Of a stretch of DNA of 64,000 nt, positions 37,785 through 48,803 are shown piece by piece (positions within the stretch are counted from its first letter, which is position 1; every line of letters begins with the position of its first letter). A program made the translations under genes and the position numbers. Location: the sequence record MK250028.1, one strand, 5' to 3'. The notes under the pieces were generated by a model. The model saw nothing but the letters and a program-made list of their open reading frames with translations. It was not told the DNA's origin and did not search any database.

Positions 37785-38084
37785 AATAAAATTTATATTT
37801 TTTATTATTTATTATTGAAATATAAATTTAAAAATATTACTTACTATACAATATATTATTTTACATAACTATATTTTATTTTTCTTCTTTTAATTTCCAA
37901 CACCAACAACCATGATCATTTGCATATGTATGTCCGAATAAACCTGATTTACATTCATTCCAATTTTCATCAGGGTTATAGAAAATACAATTCTTACAAT
38001 AACGTTGGATATAATTATTCTCTTCCATTTATTAAAAATTTATTTTTATTACTATATTTATTTTTTTATTCCAAATATTATGTG

Positions 38085-38092
38085 TATCTTTG
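38085..38092 (+). promoter_or_regulatory. Bacteroidota sigma-A -7 element
   Basis: ATTATGTG-TATCTTTG-TATCGTTAATAAAAC upstream of 38129. Confidence 0.7.
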
Positions 38093-38128
38093 TATCGTTA
38101 ATAAAACAATAAACAATTAAAAATAAAA

Positions 38129-38449
38129 ATGAATATGAAAAAGATTAGTTCAAATGCAGTTCATAACTTTACTGTTCGTCTTCTTGTTGTTTCTGAATTT
38201 ATCGACGACCAGAGAATTTCTGATGTACGTAAAGTAATGAGTACACAGTTGATTTTACCGCTTGGTACAGATAATACTGTATTGAAGAGAGCATACGCAT
38301 ATAATAATGATAAGGACGAAATTAATTTTAAGATTTGGTTCTTGAATACTGTTAAGCAGTGTTGCCCATCAGATATGAGTATCTCTTTTGATGATGCAAT
38401 GGAGATGACATGGTGTATGTTACTTCAGGCATGTGGTATCATTTATTAA
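38129..38449 (+). CDS. Hypothetical early protein
   Basis: Intact TAG-free ORF. Confidence 0.75.
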   Translation: MNMKKISSNAVHNFTVRLLVVSEFIDDQRISDVRKVMSTQLILPLGTDNTVLKRAYAYNNDKDEINFKIWFLNTVKQCCPSDMSISFDDAMEMTWCMLLQACGIIY

Positions 38450-38470
38450 TCTTTTAAAATATAATATATT

Positions 38471-39001
38471 ATGGAATATAAGAATAAGAAAATACGTATT
38501 GTACGTAAACAAAAAGATGGAATTACTCTTCGTGTAAAAGGTAATGAAGTTAAATTCTCTTGGGACGAATTTAATTCTGGATATAATATTGTTGATAATG
38601 TTTATGCCGTTATGAATGATACTATGGTTGAACGTATGAATAAATTGGATGATTTGATTTCTACTGCAACCACTGCATTTTTCATCGTTCAGAATTCTGT
38701 TCCTGATATTAAGCAATTGAGTTACGCAGCTGTTCTTACAAATACAATTGAGGAAATTCAGAAACTTCTTAATTGTACAGGACTTGAAGCTATCCAACTT
38801 GTTCGTAAGAATATTGATTCAATGAATAGTATGTTCAAATCAGATAAGTCTTCACATACACGTGAATATTATAAGAAGCAAAAAATGGAAATGAATAGAG
38901 ATAAATTTCCAAAGCGTGTAGAAACGCCAGTGAATTCAACATCATGTGTATTAGAAGATAATCCTGCATTGCTGAAGTTGAAAGAGAAAATGTGTTCATA
39001 A
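38471..39001 (+). CDS. Hypothetical early protein
   Basis: Intact TAG-free ORF. Confidence 0.8.
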   Translation: MEYKNKKIRIVRKQKDGITLRVKGNEVKFSWDEFNSGYNIVDNVYAVMNDTMVERMNKLDDLISTATTAFFIVQNSVPDIKQLSYAAVLTNTIEEIQKLLNCTGLEAIQLVRKNIDSMNSMFKSDKSSHTREYYKKQKMEMNRDKFPKRVETPVNSTSCVLEDNPALLKLKEKMCS

Positions 39002-39160
39002 TAAATAATATTTTTAATTGTTAGACTGAAGTGAGATTAGATAATATTTTTAATCTCACTTTTCTTTTAATTCGTTTAACATTTATTAATATCATGATTA
39101 TAAACAATAAATGTAATACTTTGTATACTATATAAATTTTATTTTTAATTTAAATTTAAT

Positions 39161-39643
39161 ATGGTAAAGAAATACGACGAAAATGCATATGTGGAGTTGA
39201 TGAATACACTTAATAAACATATTGATGGTGGTAATTCACTTCCTGTATTTACAAAGATGATTAATGAAGTAAATGAACAATTTCCTGGTTTGAAGGATAA
39301 TTTTATTCATGATATGGGAAAGTTCTTGACACATTGGTTTGAACTTGTTAATGATTGTAAATCATGTTCATTGAAACTTCAGGCAAAGATTTTGAGTATT
39401 GATACAATTTCGGAATATAGCGATTTTAATAGATTTGTTTCTTTTTGTTATGATGTAATAGATCAAACAATTAATCCACATACAAATAGATTATATGCAT
39501 CTGACTTGACTAGTTATCTTGCATGCATTGTTAAAGCTGTTATTCAGACGACACGTAGAGCAAAGGGATTGGACTTAAACAGTAAGAAGTATGGCAACAC
39601 AACTAAGGATGACACAACAGCAACTGGAACAGCTGAAGCATAA
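39161..39643 (+). CDS. Hypothetical protein
   Basis: Intact TAG-free ORF. Confidence 0.8.
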   Translation: MVKKYDENAYVELMNTLNKHIDGGNSLPVFTKMINEVNEQFPGLKDNFIHDMGKFLTHWFELVNDCKSCSLKLQAKILSIDTISEYSDFNRFVSFCYDVIDQTINPHTNRLYASDLTSYLACIVKAVIQTTRRAKGLDLNSKKYGNTTKDDTTATGTAEA

Positions 39644-39881
39644 AAATATTAGTAATTTTCCAAATGGTGTTGTACGATTAATTAAAAGGAATAATAATGA
39701 GTTTCTTGTAGTAAACATATTTAAATTATGTAATATAAGTGGATGTACTCGTGCAGAATTTTTAGATTTTATTATGCAATATGAAAAGATAGGATGGAAG
39801 TTCTATACGAGTTTTTCACAATATGTTTATTTTAAGAAGAAACAAACATTAATAGAAAAAATTAAAAATATATTCAAATAA
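39591..39881 (+). CDS. Hypothetical protein (start uncertain)
   Basis: ORF overlaps the upstream gene; the true start may be later. Confidence 0.55.
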   Translation: MATQLRMTQQQLEQLKHKNISNFPNGVVRLIKRNNNEFLVVNIFKLCNISGCTRAEFLDFIMQYEKIGWKFYTSFSQYVYFKKKQTLIEKIKNIFK

Positions 39882-39967
39882 AGTAGACAATTTGAATTAT
39901 TTTTAATATAGTTTAAAGATTTTTGAATAAAGATTTTTTAGTAACAAATATTTAATGTAATTTTGTA

Positions 39968-40633
39968 ATGAATAAGACAAAGAAGAATGAGTTTAAGCCT
40001 GAGTATAAGTACGAAACGCTTACAGGCAAGTTTACTGATTATCGTGGAATGGTACGTGATTTTACAATGGTTGCAGTTTCAATTCCCATGAAGAATGATG
40101 ATGCAGTTGTAACACGTCCAATTGAAGTTGAAGATGAATATGAGATTCCTTCAAAGAATGTATTGGACCCAGAAACAGGACAGATCGTTTATGTACCTAA
40201 GTCTACTGAGAAGTTTGTAGATGAGTATGATGAGCTTCTTGCACCTATTACTAAGATGCTTTCCGTTGGTGTTGCAACACGTTGTGTACGAGATACACAT
40301 GATGCAGACCTAGGTGTTCGAATTGCATATGGTAAGGCATTGAAACTTTGGGAGCATACATTGTATGTTTCACATCCTGGTATGATTAATACAAAGATGG
40401 TTAAGGCATTGCTTGAGCAAGAAGCAGAGCATTTTAAGAAGGACCCAGGTTCTTATCTTGTAGGATATAATGATGCTAAGGCACGTTATGCAAAGGATGG
40501 TAAGATTGCAGAGGTCGAGATGACAGATGAGGAGATTGCTGATACAAAGAAATCAGAAAAGAAGAATTTTCCAGTTAAAGCAACAGATGTAAAGAAGAAG
40601 TTTTTGAAGGAAGCTGATGAGAATCAGAAGTAA
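39968..40633 (+). CDS. Hypothetical protein
   Basis: Intact TAG-free ORF with higher GC, consistent with strong expression. Confidence 0.8.
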   Translation: MNKTKKNEFKPEYKYETLTGKFTDYRGMVRDFTMVAVSIPMKNDDAVVTRPIEVEDEYEIPSKNVLDPETGQIVYVPKSTEKFVDEYDELLAPITKMLSVGVATRCVRDTHDADLGVRIAYGKALKLWEHTLYVSHPGMINTKMVKALLEQEAEHFKKDPGSYLVGYNDAKARYAKDGKIAEVEMTDEEIADTKKSEKKNFPVKATDVKKKFLKEADENQK

Positions 40634-40777
40634 TAATAAAAACATATTAAATAAATAATTTTACGATAGTCATAGGTGATAGAGTTCTTCTATTACTTAT
40701 GACTATTTTTACATATATAAATATTAACTAAGATAAATGATAACATAAAATATTAATAATTTTAAATAATAAACATT

Positions 40778-41320
40778 ATGGATAATGAAGTTTTAACATT
40801 AATGAATATGCTTAATGATAAGTATGTTCATGTATATAGAGATGAAAATAATAATATTATAGTAGATGGTTCTATTATAATATTTGATAAGCAATATGAT
40901 GAGTTTCCTGTAAAGATTCATCAGATAAATGGTTCTATTAATTGGTATGGTAATATATCGGATGATTCACATGGTTCATTGAAATCGTTAAAGAATTTTC
41001 CTGATATTGTAAATGGAAATGTATATATATTTAATAATCCTAAATTAACATCATTAGATGGATGTCCAAAAGAAATTTTAGGTTCATTGGTATGTGATCA
41101 TTGTAATATTTCTGATATATCAGGAATTGCGAAGAGGATCAATAATTGCTTTATTGCTTCACATAATCCTATTTCTGATATTAGCGTATTAGAAAATGTA
41201 AATATTGGAGGTAATATAGAGTTAATAGATACAATATGGAGTAAAACACATAAAGAAGATACATTTATTAAAGATTCATCTGTTATCGTACATGAAGATA
41301 ATACACCTAAATTATTTTAA
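40778..41320 (+). CDS. LRR-like repeat protein
   Basis: LKSLKNFPDIVNGNVY / LTSLDGCPKEILGSLVC repeats; same style as 12012..12725. Confidence 0.7.
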   Translation: MDNEVLTLMNMLNDKYVHVYRDENNNIIVDGSIIIFDKQYDEFPVKIHQINGSINWYGNISDDSHGSLKSLKNFPDIVNGNVYIFNNPKLTSLDGCPKEILGSLVCDHCNISDISGIAKRINNCFIASHNPISDISVLENVNIGGNIELIDTIWSKTHKEDTFIKDSSVIVHEDNTPKLF

Positions 41321-41363
41321 CAATTTATAATAAATAATTTAAATTTATTATAAATGAGTTATT

Positions 41364-42002
41364 GTGCATACATTTGATGAAGTCTTTGATGACGAATTTT
41401 ATAATATAATAGATGAAAGCTATGATGATAGTATATACAATATAATAAAACCTAAATTTGGTGATTTAGTTGTATATAATTATGAAACAAAATAGTTTGA
41501 TACGATGTCTAAAGAAAGATGTGGTATTGAAGATGATAAAGCTATAGTAGGTATAGTTGTTTAGGTAAATGATGATATGACAATGGATGTATTAATGAAG
41601 AATTATTTGACAACTGAACCTTTATTAATACCGTATAGATATGTATAGAATCCTAGTTTTATACCTGCATATTTAAAAGATATGTTTGATAGATATTGTA
41701 ATAAATATTAGAGAACATCTGTTATAGATTTAAGTTCATTTAGATATAAAATTCCTTAGATTGCTCTATTAGATTTTGTTAATAAAAATTTATATACATT
41801 ATTAGATATTATTAAAACAATATGGGGTGATGATAGACATGATTAGTTTATAGAAAGACTTTATAAACATGGATTATTATCGCAACATAAAGGAAAATAT
41901 TATCGATGGATTCCTAAAATAAGTGAAAAACGAAAAATAGAGAATCTTTTAGGATTAACAAGAATTGAATTTTTACCAGTGTTCACATTAAAATACAATT
42001 AA
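41364..42002 (+). CDS. Hypothetical protein, paralogous to 42013..42699 (GTG start inferred)
   Basis: Open through TAGs to TAA 42000; PKFGDLVVY...IVGIVV motif. Confidence 0.65.
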
Positions 42003-42012
42003 CTTAATTTAA

Positions 42013-42699
42013 ATGGAAGAAATGTAGGATAATAATATACATAAAAATCTTTATAATAAAACAAGAGAATATGACATACGTGGTATTATGATACCATGTA
42101 TAGGAGATATTTTATATTATGATACAGTAGATATGCAAGCTATCATTTAGGAAGTTAATGATGACAGATATATAAATCCTAGATTTTTACCAATTGGTGT
42201 TATTGCTGATATATCAACAGATTTAAAAACAATAAAACTTATAACTCCATATCTTATTAAAGTTTCATTAGACATGAATGAAAGAATATCTGAGAAGAAT
42301 ATAATGAAAGAACTTAAATCTTTTGTTCGGACATATACAAAGGATTTATTTAAGGAAGATATAGAAGATATGAAGTTTAATATTGCCACTACTGCAGATT
42401 TACAATTATTAATTAATAATTCTGATGCGGTATTAAAAGGAATAGATTATTTCAATAAACTTAATGTTCCTGAAAATTTAGATATAAAAGAATTAATATC
42501 AGATGGAATTCTTATATATGATAATAAAGGAAACATAAAACTCACATATGGCATTAAAGATAATTTCCATATGGAATATAATAAGAAAGATGATGATACT
42601 GCATGGAATAATGTTAAGACATTAAAAGATTTTAAAGAAACTAATATGGAAATATTAGATTGTTATATTATTCCAATAGCAACAATTAAATTAGATTAA
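42013..42699 (+). CDS. Hypothetical protein (228 aa)
   Basis: ATG 42013 with 2 TAG; PCIGDILYY...PIGVI motif. Confidence 0.7.
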
Positions 42700-42799
42700 T
42701 ATAGAGATTATTACTTTAATGTAGTAATCTCTTTTTAATTTATAAACTTTATCTATTATTTTATCTATAAAATAATAGATAAACTATATTTAACAATAT

Positions 42800-43663
42800 A
42801 TGAAAGATATAAGGAAAATTATTGAAGATAAAAATAATTAGATAAAGCAAGAATATAAAGGTTGTGTATCTGTTTCAAAACTTTGTAATGAATATATAAA
42901 GAAAAAATTTGATGATCAAGTGCAAGCAGAAATATGTGCTAAGAAAGGTTTGAATGATCCGAATTATAAATATGCTGGTATGGATGCAACTCAAATTCTG
43001 GAAGCATGGCATGCAAAATCATCTGAATCAAAAAGGTATGGTTCACTACTTGATGATTATGCAGGGATGAATCTTAATAATGAAACAGATAAATTAGACT
43101 TATGGAAATTAGATAATGGTTATGATTATGATGATAGATTGAAATCTATTTGTAAAGGATTTGATGATTTTTATAATTATATATTAACAAAGACAAATTA
43201 TAAGTATGTAGCAAGAGAATTACCATTATATTGCAAGACACCAAAAGATGGATTAATTAATGGTAGATTTGATTGTTTATTCTATGACGAGAATACCGAT
43301 GCATATATTATTATAGATTGGAAAACAACGGATGGAATAACGACATCATCTAAATACGGAAAGAAACTTCAAGGACCTGCATATATGTTAGATGAATGTG
43401 ATATGAATACATATACAATTCAATTACATATTTATAAGAAAGCATTGGTTGAAACATATGGGTTATCTTCATATGATAAGATAAGTGTTTATGTATGTAA
43501 CTTACTTAAGCAACCAAATGAACAAGGATTAAATTTTAAATTATTTAAACAAAATTTTGATTTTGATGTTAATAGATTAAATTCATTTATTGATTTTGGA
43601 AATCAAAAGTTTAAGTTAATGAAAACAATTCAAGAATCATGTTAGAAGAATCAAACAGTATAA
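42800..43663 (+). CDS. PD-(D/E)XK exonuclease (RecB/Cas4-like fold)
   Basis: ARELPLY..INGRFDCLFY..IIIDWKT..Y..QL..Y; ATG 42800. The TAG at 43643 is read through to TAA 43661. Confidence 0.8.
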
Positions 43664-44349
43664 TTGATATATTATCTACAAATGATAATGATGTTATTTT
43701 AAATAAAGCGAACGAGTATATATTTAAAGTATTTCATGATAATGATATTAATCCACATAATTTATTTTGCGGGTGGTTTTTATTTACAAAGACATGTAAA
43801 CATTATTTTGATGATTATACTTGGAAAGAACCAATACAAAATAAAATATTAAAATTTTTTAATATTAAAATTAATGAGCAATCATATATTGATGACGAAT
43901 TAACAAAAATGTTTTGTATATATGTATATTCTCTTAAGTATAAAAGAAAAATAACAGATTATGATAGATTGACCCCAATTGCTGAGACTCTTTCTAATCT
44001 GTTGATTAGAACAAAAGAGACTTACTATGGAATAAGAAAATTACTTAGAGATTTATGTTTAGGTTTAATATGTAAACCAAAAGGAATAACAACATATAAT
44101 GTTATCGAACATTATGAAGATATGATTACTTATAAATTAAATAATGTTGCATATCATTGTTATAGTTGTAAATTAGATGTAAAAGTAGATAATGAGCAAA
44201 ATAAATTAATAGTGAATATTAACTTTATTAAAACAGATACATATTCTAGATATATGAATTTATTTGAACAAGTTGAACCATTATTTAATTTATTGCAAGA
44301 AGATTTAGCATATTTTAATACATATGGATATTTCTATGACATGAAATAA
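43639..44349 (+). CDS. Hypothetical protein
   Basis: Intact ORF. Confidence 0.75.
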   Translation: MLEESNSIIDILSTNDNDVILNKANEYIFKVFHDNDINPHNLFCGWFLFTKTCKHYFDDYTWKEPIQNKILKFFNIKINEQSYIDDELTKMFCIYVYSLKYKRKITDYDRLTPIAETLSNLLIRTKETYYGIRKLLRDLCLGLICKPKGITTYNVIEHYEDMITYKLNNVAYHCYSCKLDVKVDNEQNKLIVNINFIKTDTYSRYMNLFEQVEPLFNLLQEDLAYFNTYGYFYDMK

Positions 44350-44382
44350 ATAATGTAAATATCAAATTGTTTATTTGAAATT

Positions 44383-45819
44383 ATGATAATTAAATCACTA
44401 TATGAATCATTGGTAAATTGTTTGAATGAAGCACGTGTTTAGAGAACTATAGATAAGAAACTTTGGTTAAGTATAGCATCTACATGTTCACGAAATAAAT
44501 CAACTGAAGCTGAAAATATTAAACCACGATCAACATAGACGAAAGAATAGTTGTTACCGAGATATGTAGCTGCTCTTCTTATAATGAAGAAGCAATGTCC
44601 AGAAAATGAATAGGATATTGATGATATAAAGACATTTAAATTAGTCGGTAAACGTTTACTATAGTTAGGTTGCACAATAGATGAAATAAAGCAAGAGTAT
44701 ATTAATAACGGAGGTAAATTAGTTACTAATATAATTAATGTAAATTCTTAGAAAACTACATAGGTTAATCAAAAACTTAATCAAGAAGTAAAGAAAGAAG
44801 ATTAGGTTAAAGTTGATAAAACAAAAGAAGTAAAGAATGAGAAACCAAAGGTATAGAAACAATTACCGCCAGGTATTAAATCTTATGATGAAGTATATGA
44901 TTTTGTAAAACGTTCATATAATGATTTATATGAAATCTGCAGTGAAATATATGATATTCTTGATATGACATATTTTACATTAAAGAAATCTTTTTATAAG
45001 ATAGAAACTCCTAAATATAAATTGTATTTCAGAGATGTTACAACAGATGAGAATCAGAAACTTTATTACAATGATAAACATTGTGTTTATATAACATGGA
45101 TAAAAATTGTTAAAACTAAAGTAGTTGAAGGTACATTTTGTATATTAACTAATAATATGACAATTAATGATGACCCTATTGGTAATACTATATAGTTAGA
45201 TGATAATACAGTAATTACTAAACAATAGTTATATGAAATATGTTTAACTATATTAGCAAAATTAAGATATGCTACATAGAGTAATTATAATAATCCATTA
45301 TTACCTAAAATAAAAGAGAAAACAACTTCATTCGGTATATTTGGAAATAAATCACGTGATTTTAATTCTATAATAGATAAAGGTGAAATTGAAAAGATAT
45401 TACCATTTGTAATTAAGAAATATAATACCATGAAAAAATGTAATGATATTCTTGAATTATTTTTATATAAAGCAAGGATGGGTAATAGAAATAGTGGTAA
45501 AGTATTAGAATTAGATGAACCTATATATACAGGTAAATTCTTTAATTCATAGGAAACTTTTGATTTGATTGGATATGGCTTTAAACCAGCCGCATAGTTT
45601 ATTATTCAATTTAAGTATGATGATAAATATACGACACAAATAATATATGGATATGAAGCTAGAGAATATGGACCTCCAGCAAATATTGCATCGTATTATA
45701 CATCTAACAAAGATTTTTCAGCATATAGGGTAGATATGAAAGAATTACAAAAAGCTTTATGGTATACTATAGCTGTTTTATTATATTATAAAAATAATTA
45801 TAGTAATGTAATTAAATAA
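44383..45819 (+). CDS. Hypothetical protein with LYES..LNEA leader (478 aa)
   Basis: MIIKSLYESLVNCLNEARV; open through TAGs to TAA 45817. Confidence 0.75.
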
Positions 45820-45863
45820 AATAAAGGAAAGGATAGAGAAATACATCTCTATCCTTTTATATT

Positions 45864-46319
45864 TTAAATACCAACAAAAACTAATTGATTTTTCTTTTGT
45901 ATATTTTTTATATGATTTACACTTATATGAATCCACTTGGGACCTAATTTTTTATTACCATATTCCCAAATAATCTATCTACATGAAATCTTACCTTTAT
46001 TCTTTAAGGTGATAATTAAATCCCATAATTTTTTGTTATCTTCATATGTGTTAGAAACTGTATGTATATCAGCAGCAGCACCAAATAAATGATCCGAATT
46101 TCTTGCGCCACCAACTTTTGAATTTAACTATGAACAACGGTAACCAGAACTTATGATAATAGGTTTACCATATGCTTCACGTATAGGTTGTAAAATTTTA
46201 GTTGCAAGATTTTTTAAATTGGTTAATTCCAATTGATTTGGATTATTTTTAATTCCATATTTATTAGCTGTATCTGATTTGATAAGTTCCTCTAAAGAAA
46301 AATTATTACTTAATTTCAT
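45864..46319 (-). CDS. Peptidase M15 (Zn) endolysin candidate (151 aa)
   Basis: NFSLEEL..S.TA, IREAYGKPIIISSGYRC, SDHLFGAAADI, WIHIS; 2 TAG. Confidence 0.85.
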
Positions 46320-46407
46320 AATATATAATTTATATATTTAAATATTTATTAATAATCTATATTTATAAAAACAGACTAAAAAGAATATACATTGTATAAA
46401 TGTTAAT

Positions 46408-47538
46408 ATGGATAGTAATATATTTGATACATCATCTTTGACAATTAAGAATATGTCAGATGATGAGTTTTATGAAGAGACAACATCAAAATTGTCTGAG
46501 ATATTACAACATGAATTTAGAGGAATTCCATATAAGCAACAAATAAAGAAGACAGTAGATGGCTTAAATTTTGCATGTCCATTTTGTGGTGATTCAGCAA
46601 CAGATGTAAGAAAGAAACGTGCACATTTTATTCTTAAAGGAAATTGGTCTGGAAATTTTAAATGTTTCAATTGTGGAAAATTTATGAAAATTAATAATTT
46701 TTTTAGAGCATTTGATGTACCGATGTCATTATCCGCAATTTCTTATGTTAATGAACATGTAACTAATTTAACACCATTCCATACAAATTCAAATGAAGTT
46801 ACATCAGAAGTTTTAGATAAATCTTCTGTTATACAATATTCCGTAAAGAAAGATTATATAAAGAAATATTTAGGATTATATGAGATTGATAAAAATAATA
46901 TAAATTCTGTAGAAGGATATAATTATTTAATAGATAGATGTCAATATAATTTTAATAATTTTTTATATGATCCAAGGGGGAAATATATAGTTATTTTAAA
47001 TATAGTTGATACAGATAAAGTATTCGGTATTCAAATAAGAGATATAACAGGAAAGAAAAAAGCGAAGTATCTTACTATGTCTTTATCAAAAATTCATAAT
47101 AAGATATTAAAAGATGATATTGAAATACCGTCAAATGTAGAAGCATTATCAACTGTATTTAATATATTTAATATTGATTTATATAGGCCTATTCTTGTTA
47201 CAGAAGGTCCATTTGATGCATTTCTTTTACCAAATTGTATAGCAACGTCAGGAGCCTCTAAATCCATAGGAATTGATTTACCATTTTGGTTTGTATATGA
47301 TTCTGATAAAACTGGAAATGAACATGCGATGAAAATGTTAGAGAAAGGATATAATGTTTTTATGTGGGAGAAACTAAAGAAAGATTTAGGATTACCAAAT
47401 AAAAATCCATATTCATCTAATAAGTTTAAATGGGATATTAATGACGTGATTAAATGGTGTCGTGATAATAATTATACACAAAAGATATATTGGTCTAAAT
47501 ATTTTTCTAATGATATGTTAGATGGATTAGACATTTGA
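46408..47538 (+). CDS. DNA primase, T4 gp61-like
   Basis: NFACPFCGDS..C.NC zinc domain; TOPRIM motifs VTEGPFDA and VYDSD. Confidence 0.88.
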   Translation: MDSNIFDTSSLTIKNMSDDEFYEETTSKLSEILQHEFRGIPYKQQIKKTVDGLNFACPFCGDSATDVRKKRAHFILKGNWSGNFKCFNCGKFMKINNFFRAFDVPMSLSAISYVNEHVTNLTPFHTNSNEVTSEVLDKSSVIQYSVKKDYIKKYLGLYEIDKNNINSVEGYNYLIDRCQYNFNNFLYDPRGKYIVILNIVDTDKVFGIQIRDITGKKKAKYLTMSLSKIHNKILKDDIEIPSNVEALSTVFNIFNIDLYRPILVTEGPFDAFLLPNCIATSGASKSIGIDLPFWFVYDSDKTGNEHAMKMLEKGYNVFMWEKLKKDLGLPNKNPYSSNKFKWDINDVIKWCRDNNYTQKIYWSKYFSNDMLDGLDI

Positions 47539-47596
47539 TAATAATTATTATATAATATTTAAAAGTAATAACATAAATTTTTAAATTGAATTAATT

Positions 47597-48619
47597 ATGA
47601 AGAAAGAGAATATTTCAGAACTCTTGTCTAACGCGGATCAGAAGTTGTTGAAATCTGTTAAGGATGAATTTGGTAAGTTGTCTAATGTAGACAAAAAGAA
47701 AGTTATCGATTCTACTAATAGTATTATGGATTCATTCTGTGATGTATTGGGTATAGAGAATAAGTATAAGGTAACAGAAGATATGTTTACTGATTGTAAG
47801 GATAAGTGTAAAGATATTAAGTCTAAACTTAAGAATAAAAAAGAAGATCTCAAAGATCTTGCATCAGATACACTTTCAAAACTTGGTATTTCTGATGAGT
47901 TTATTAAGAATTGGAAGATTGATGGAGATAAGATTTACATTGATGTTCAAATGCCTATTGAAGATGATAATGTTGCAGATATTGATTTGAATGTTGATGA
48001 TGGAGGTGTTTCTTACGATGATTCACTTTATACTAGTATTAATAAGGATAATGATCCTGAATATGATGAAGCTGTAAAGCACGGAAAGATTAAAGAGGAA
48101 GATCATCCAGAATATTTTGATACTATAGGCGATGACGTAAATATTCCTAAGTATACACGTAAAAATAAAGTAAAGGATAAGAAATCTCGTAAGATTAAGT
48201 TTAAGAATAATCTTAATATGCAACAGGTAAAACCTGTAGTAGAGCAAGAACAAGTTAAACCGTCTGTTCTTGATAGACTTAAATCTGAAGCAAAACCTGT
48301 TGAAAAGAAGAAAGAGATTGATTGGAATGAAATTAAGAAAATTCTTCTTGATAAGATTTGCGCAATTCTTGAGGATGAAAATACTCATGATTATGTTGTA
48401 TATCCACGAGAAGGTAATATTCCTGCATCTGTTCAGGTTGATTTACATGAAGTTTGTTCATGTGTAGTGGATAATTATAAAATTCTTGATGATATTGCAG
48501 AAGCACTTAAAGAAAAGTATGATTTTCCTGATGTATATATTCATGCAACAGAAGTAAAGGATTCATGTGATAAAGATTCAACAGTAACATTATCAGTGGT
48601 AATGACATTGGAAGATTAA
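47597..48619 (+). CDS. Hypothetical charged protein
   Basis: Intact TAG-free 340-aa ORF. Confidence 0.8.
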   Translation: MKKENISELLSNADQKLLKSVKDEFGKLSNVDKKKVIDSTNSIMDSFCDVLGIENKYKVTEDMFTDCKDKCKDIKSKLKNKKEDLKDLASDTLSKLGISDEFIKNWKIDGDKIYIDVQMPIEDDNVADIDLNVDDGGVSYDDSLYTSINKDNDPEYDEAVKHGKIKEEDHPEYFDTIGDDVNIPKYTRKNKVKDKKSRKIKFKNNLNMQQVKPVVEQEQVKPSVLDRLKSEAKPVEKKKEIDWNEIKKILLDKICAILEDENTHDYVVYPREGNIPASVQVDLHEVCSCVVDNYKILDDIAEALKEKYDFPDVYIHATEVKDSCDKDSTVTLSVVMTLED

Positions 48620-48803
48620 ATTCTTTCATACTATAATAATTGATGAGTTTAATGCTAACCTATTTTTATAGGTTAGCATTTTTTATTTTATACTGTTTTA
48701 CTATCTTATAAATATAAAAATGTTTATAGTTATTATTCTAAATTTATTCAGTTAAGAATAATAGATAAATAATAAAAAGAAAATTTATTTAATAAAACAT
48801 AAT

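Noticed and set aside
42800-43663. Cas4 of a CRISPR system
   Set aside because: Only a generic PD-(D/E)XK motif; no Fe-S cysteine cluster pattern, no other cas genes and no array.
1300-48800. T4-like late promoter TATAAATA upstream of structural genes
   Set aside because: ATAAATA occurs before many late genes, but in a genome this AT-rich it cannot be distinguished from background by eye, so it was not annotated.
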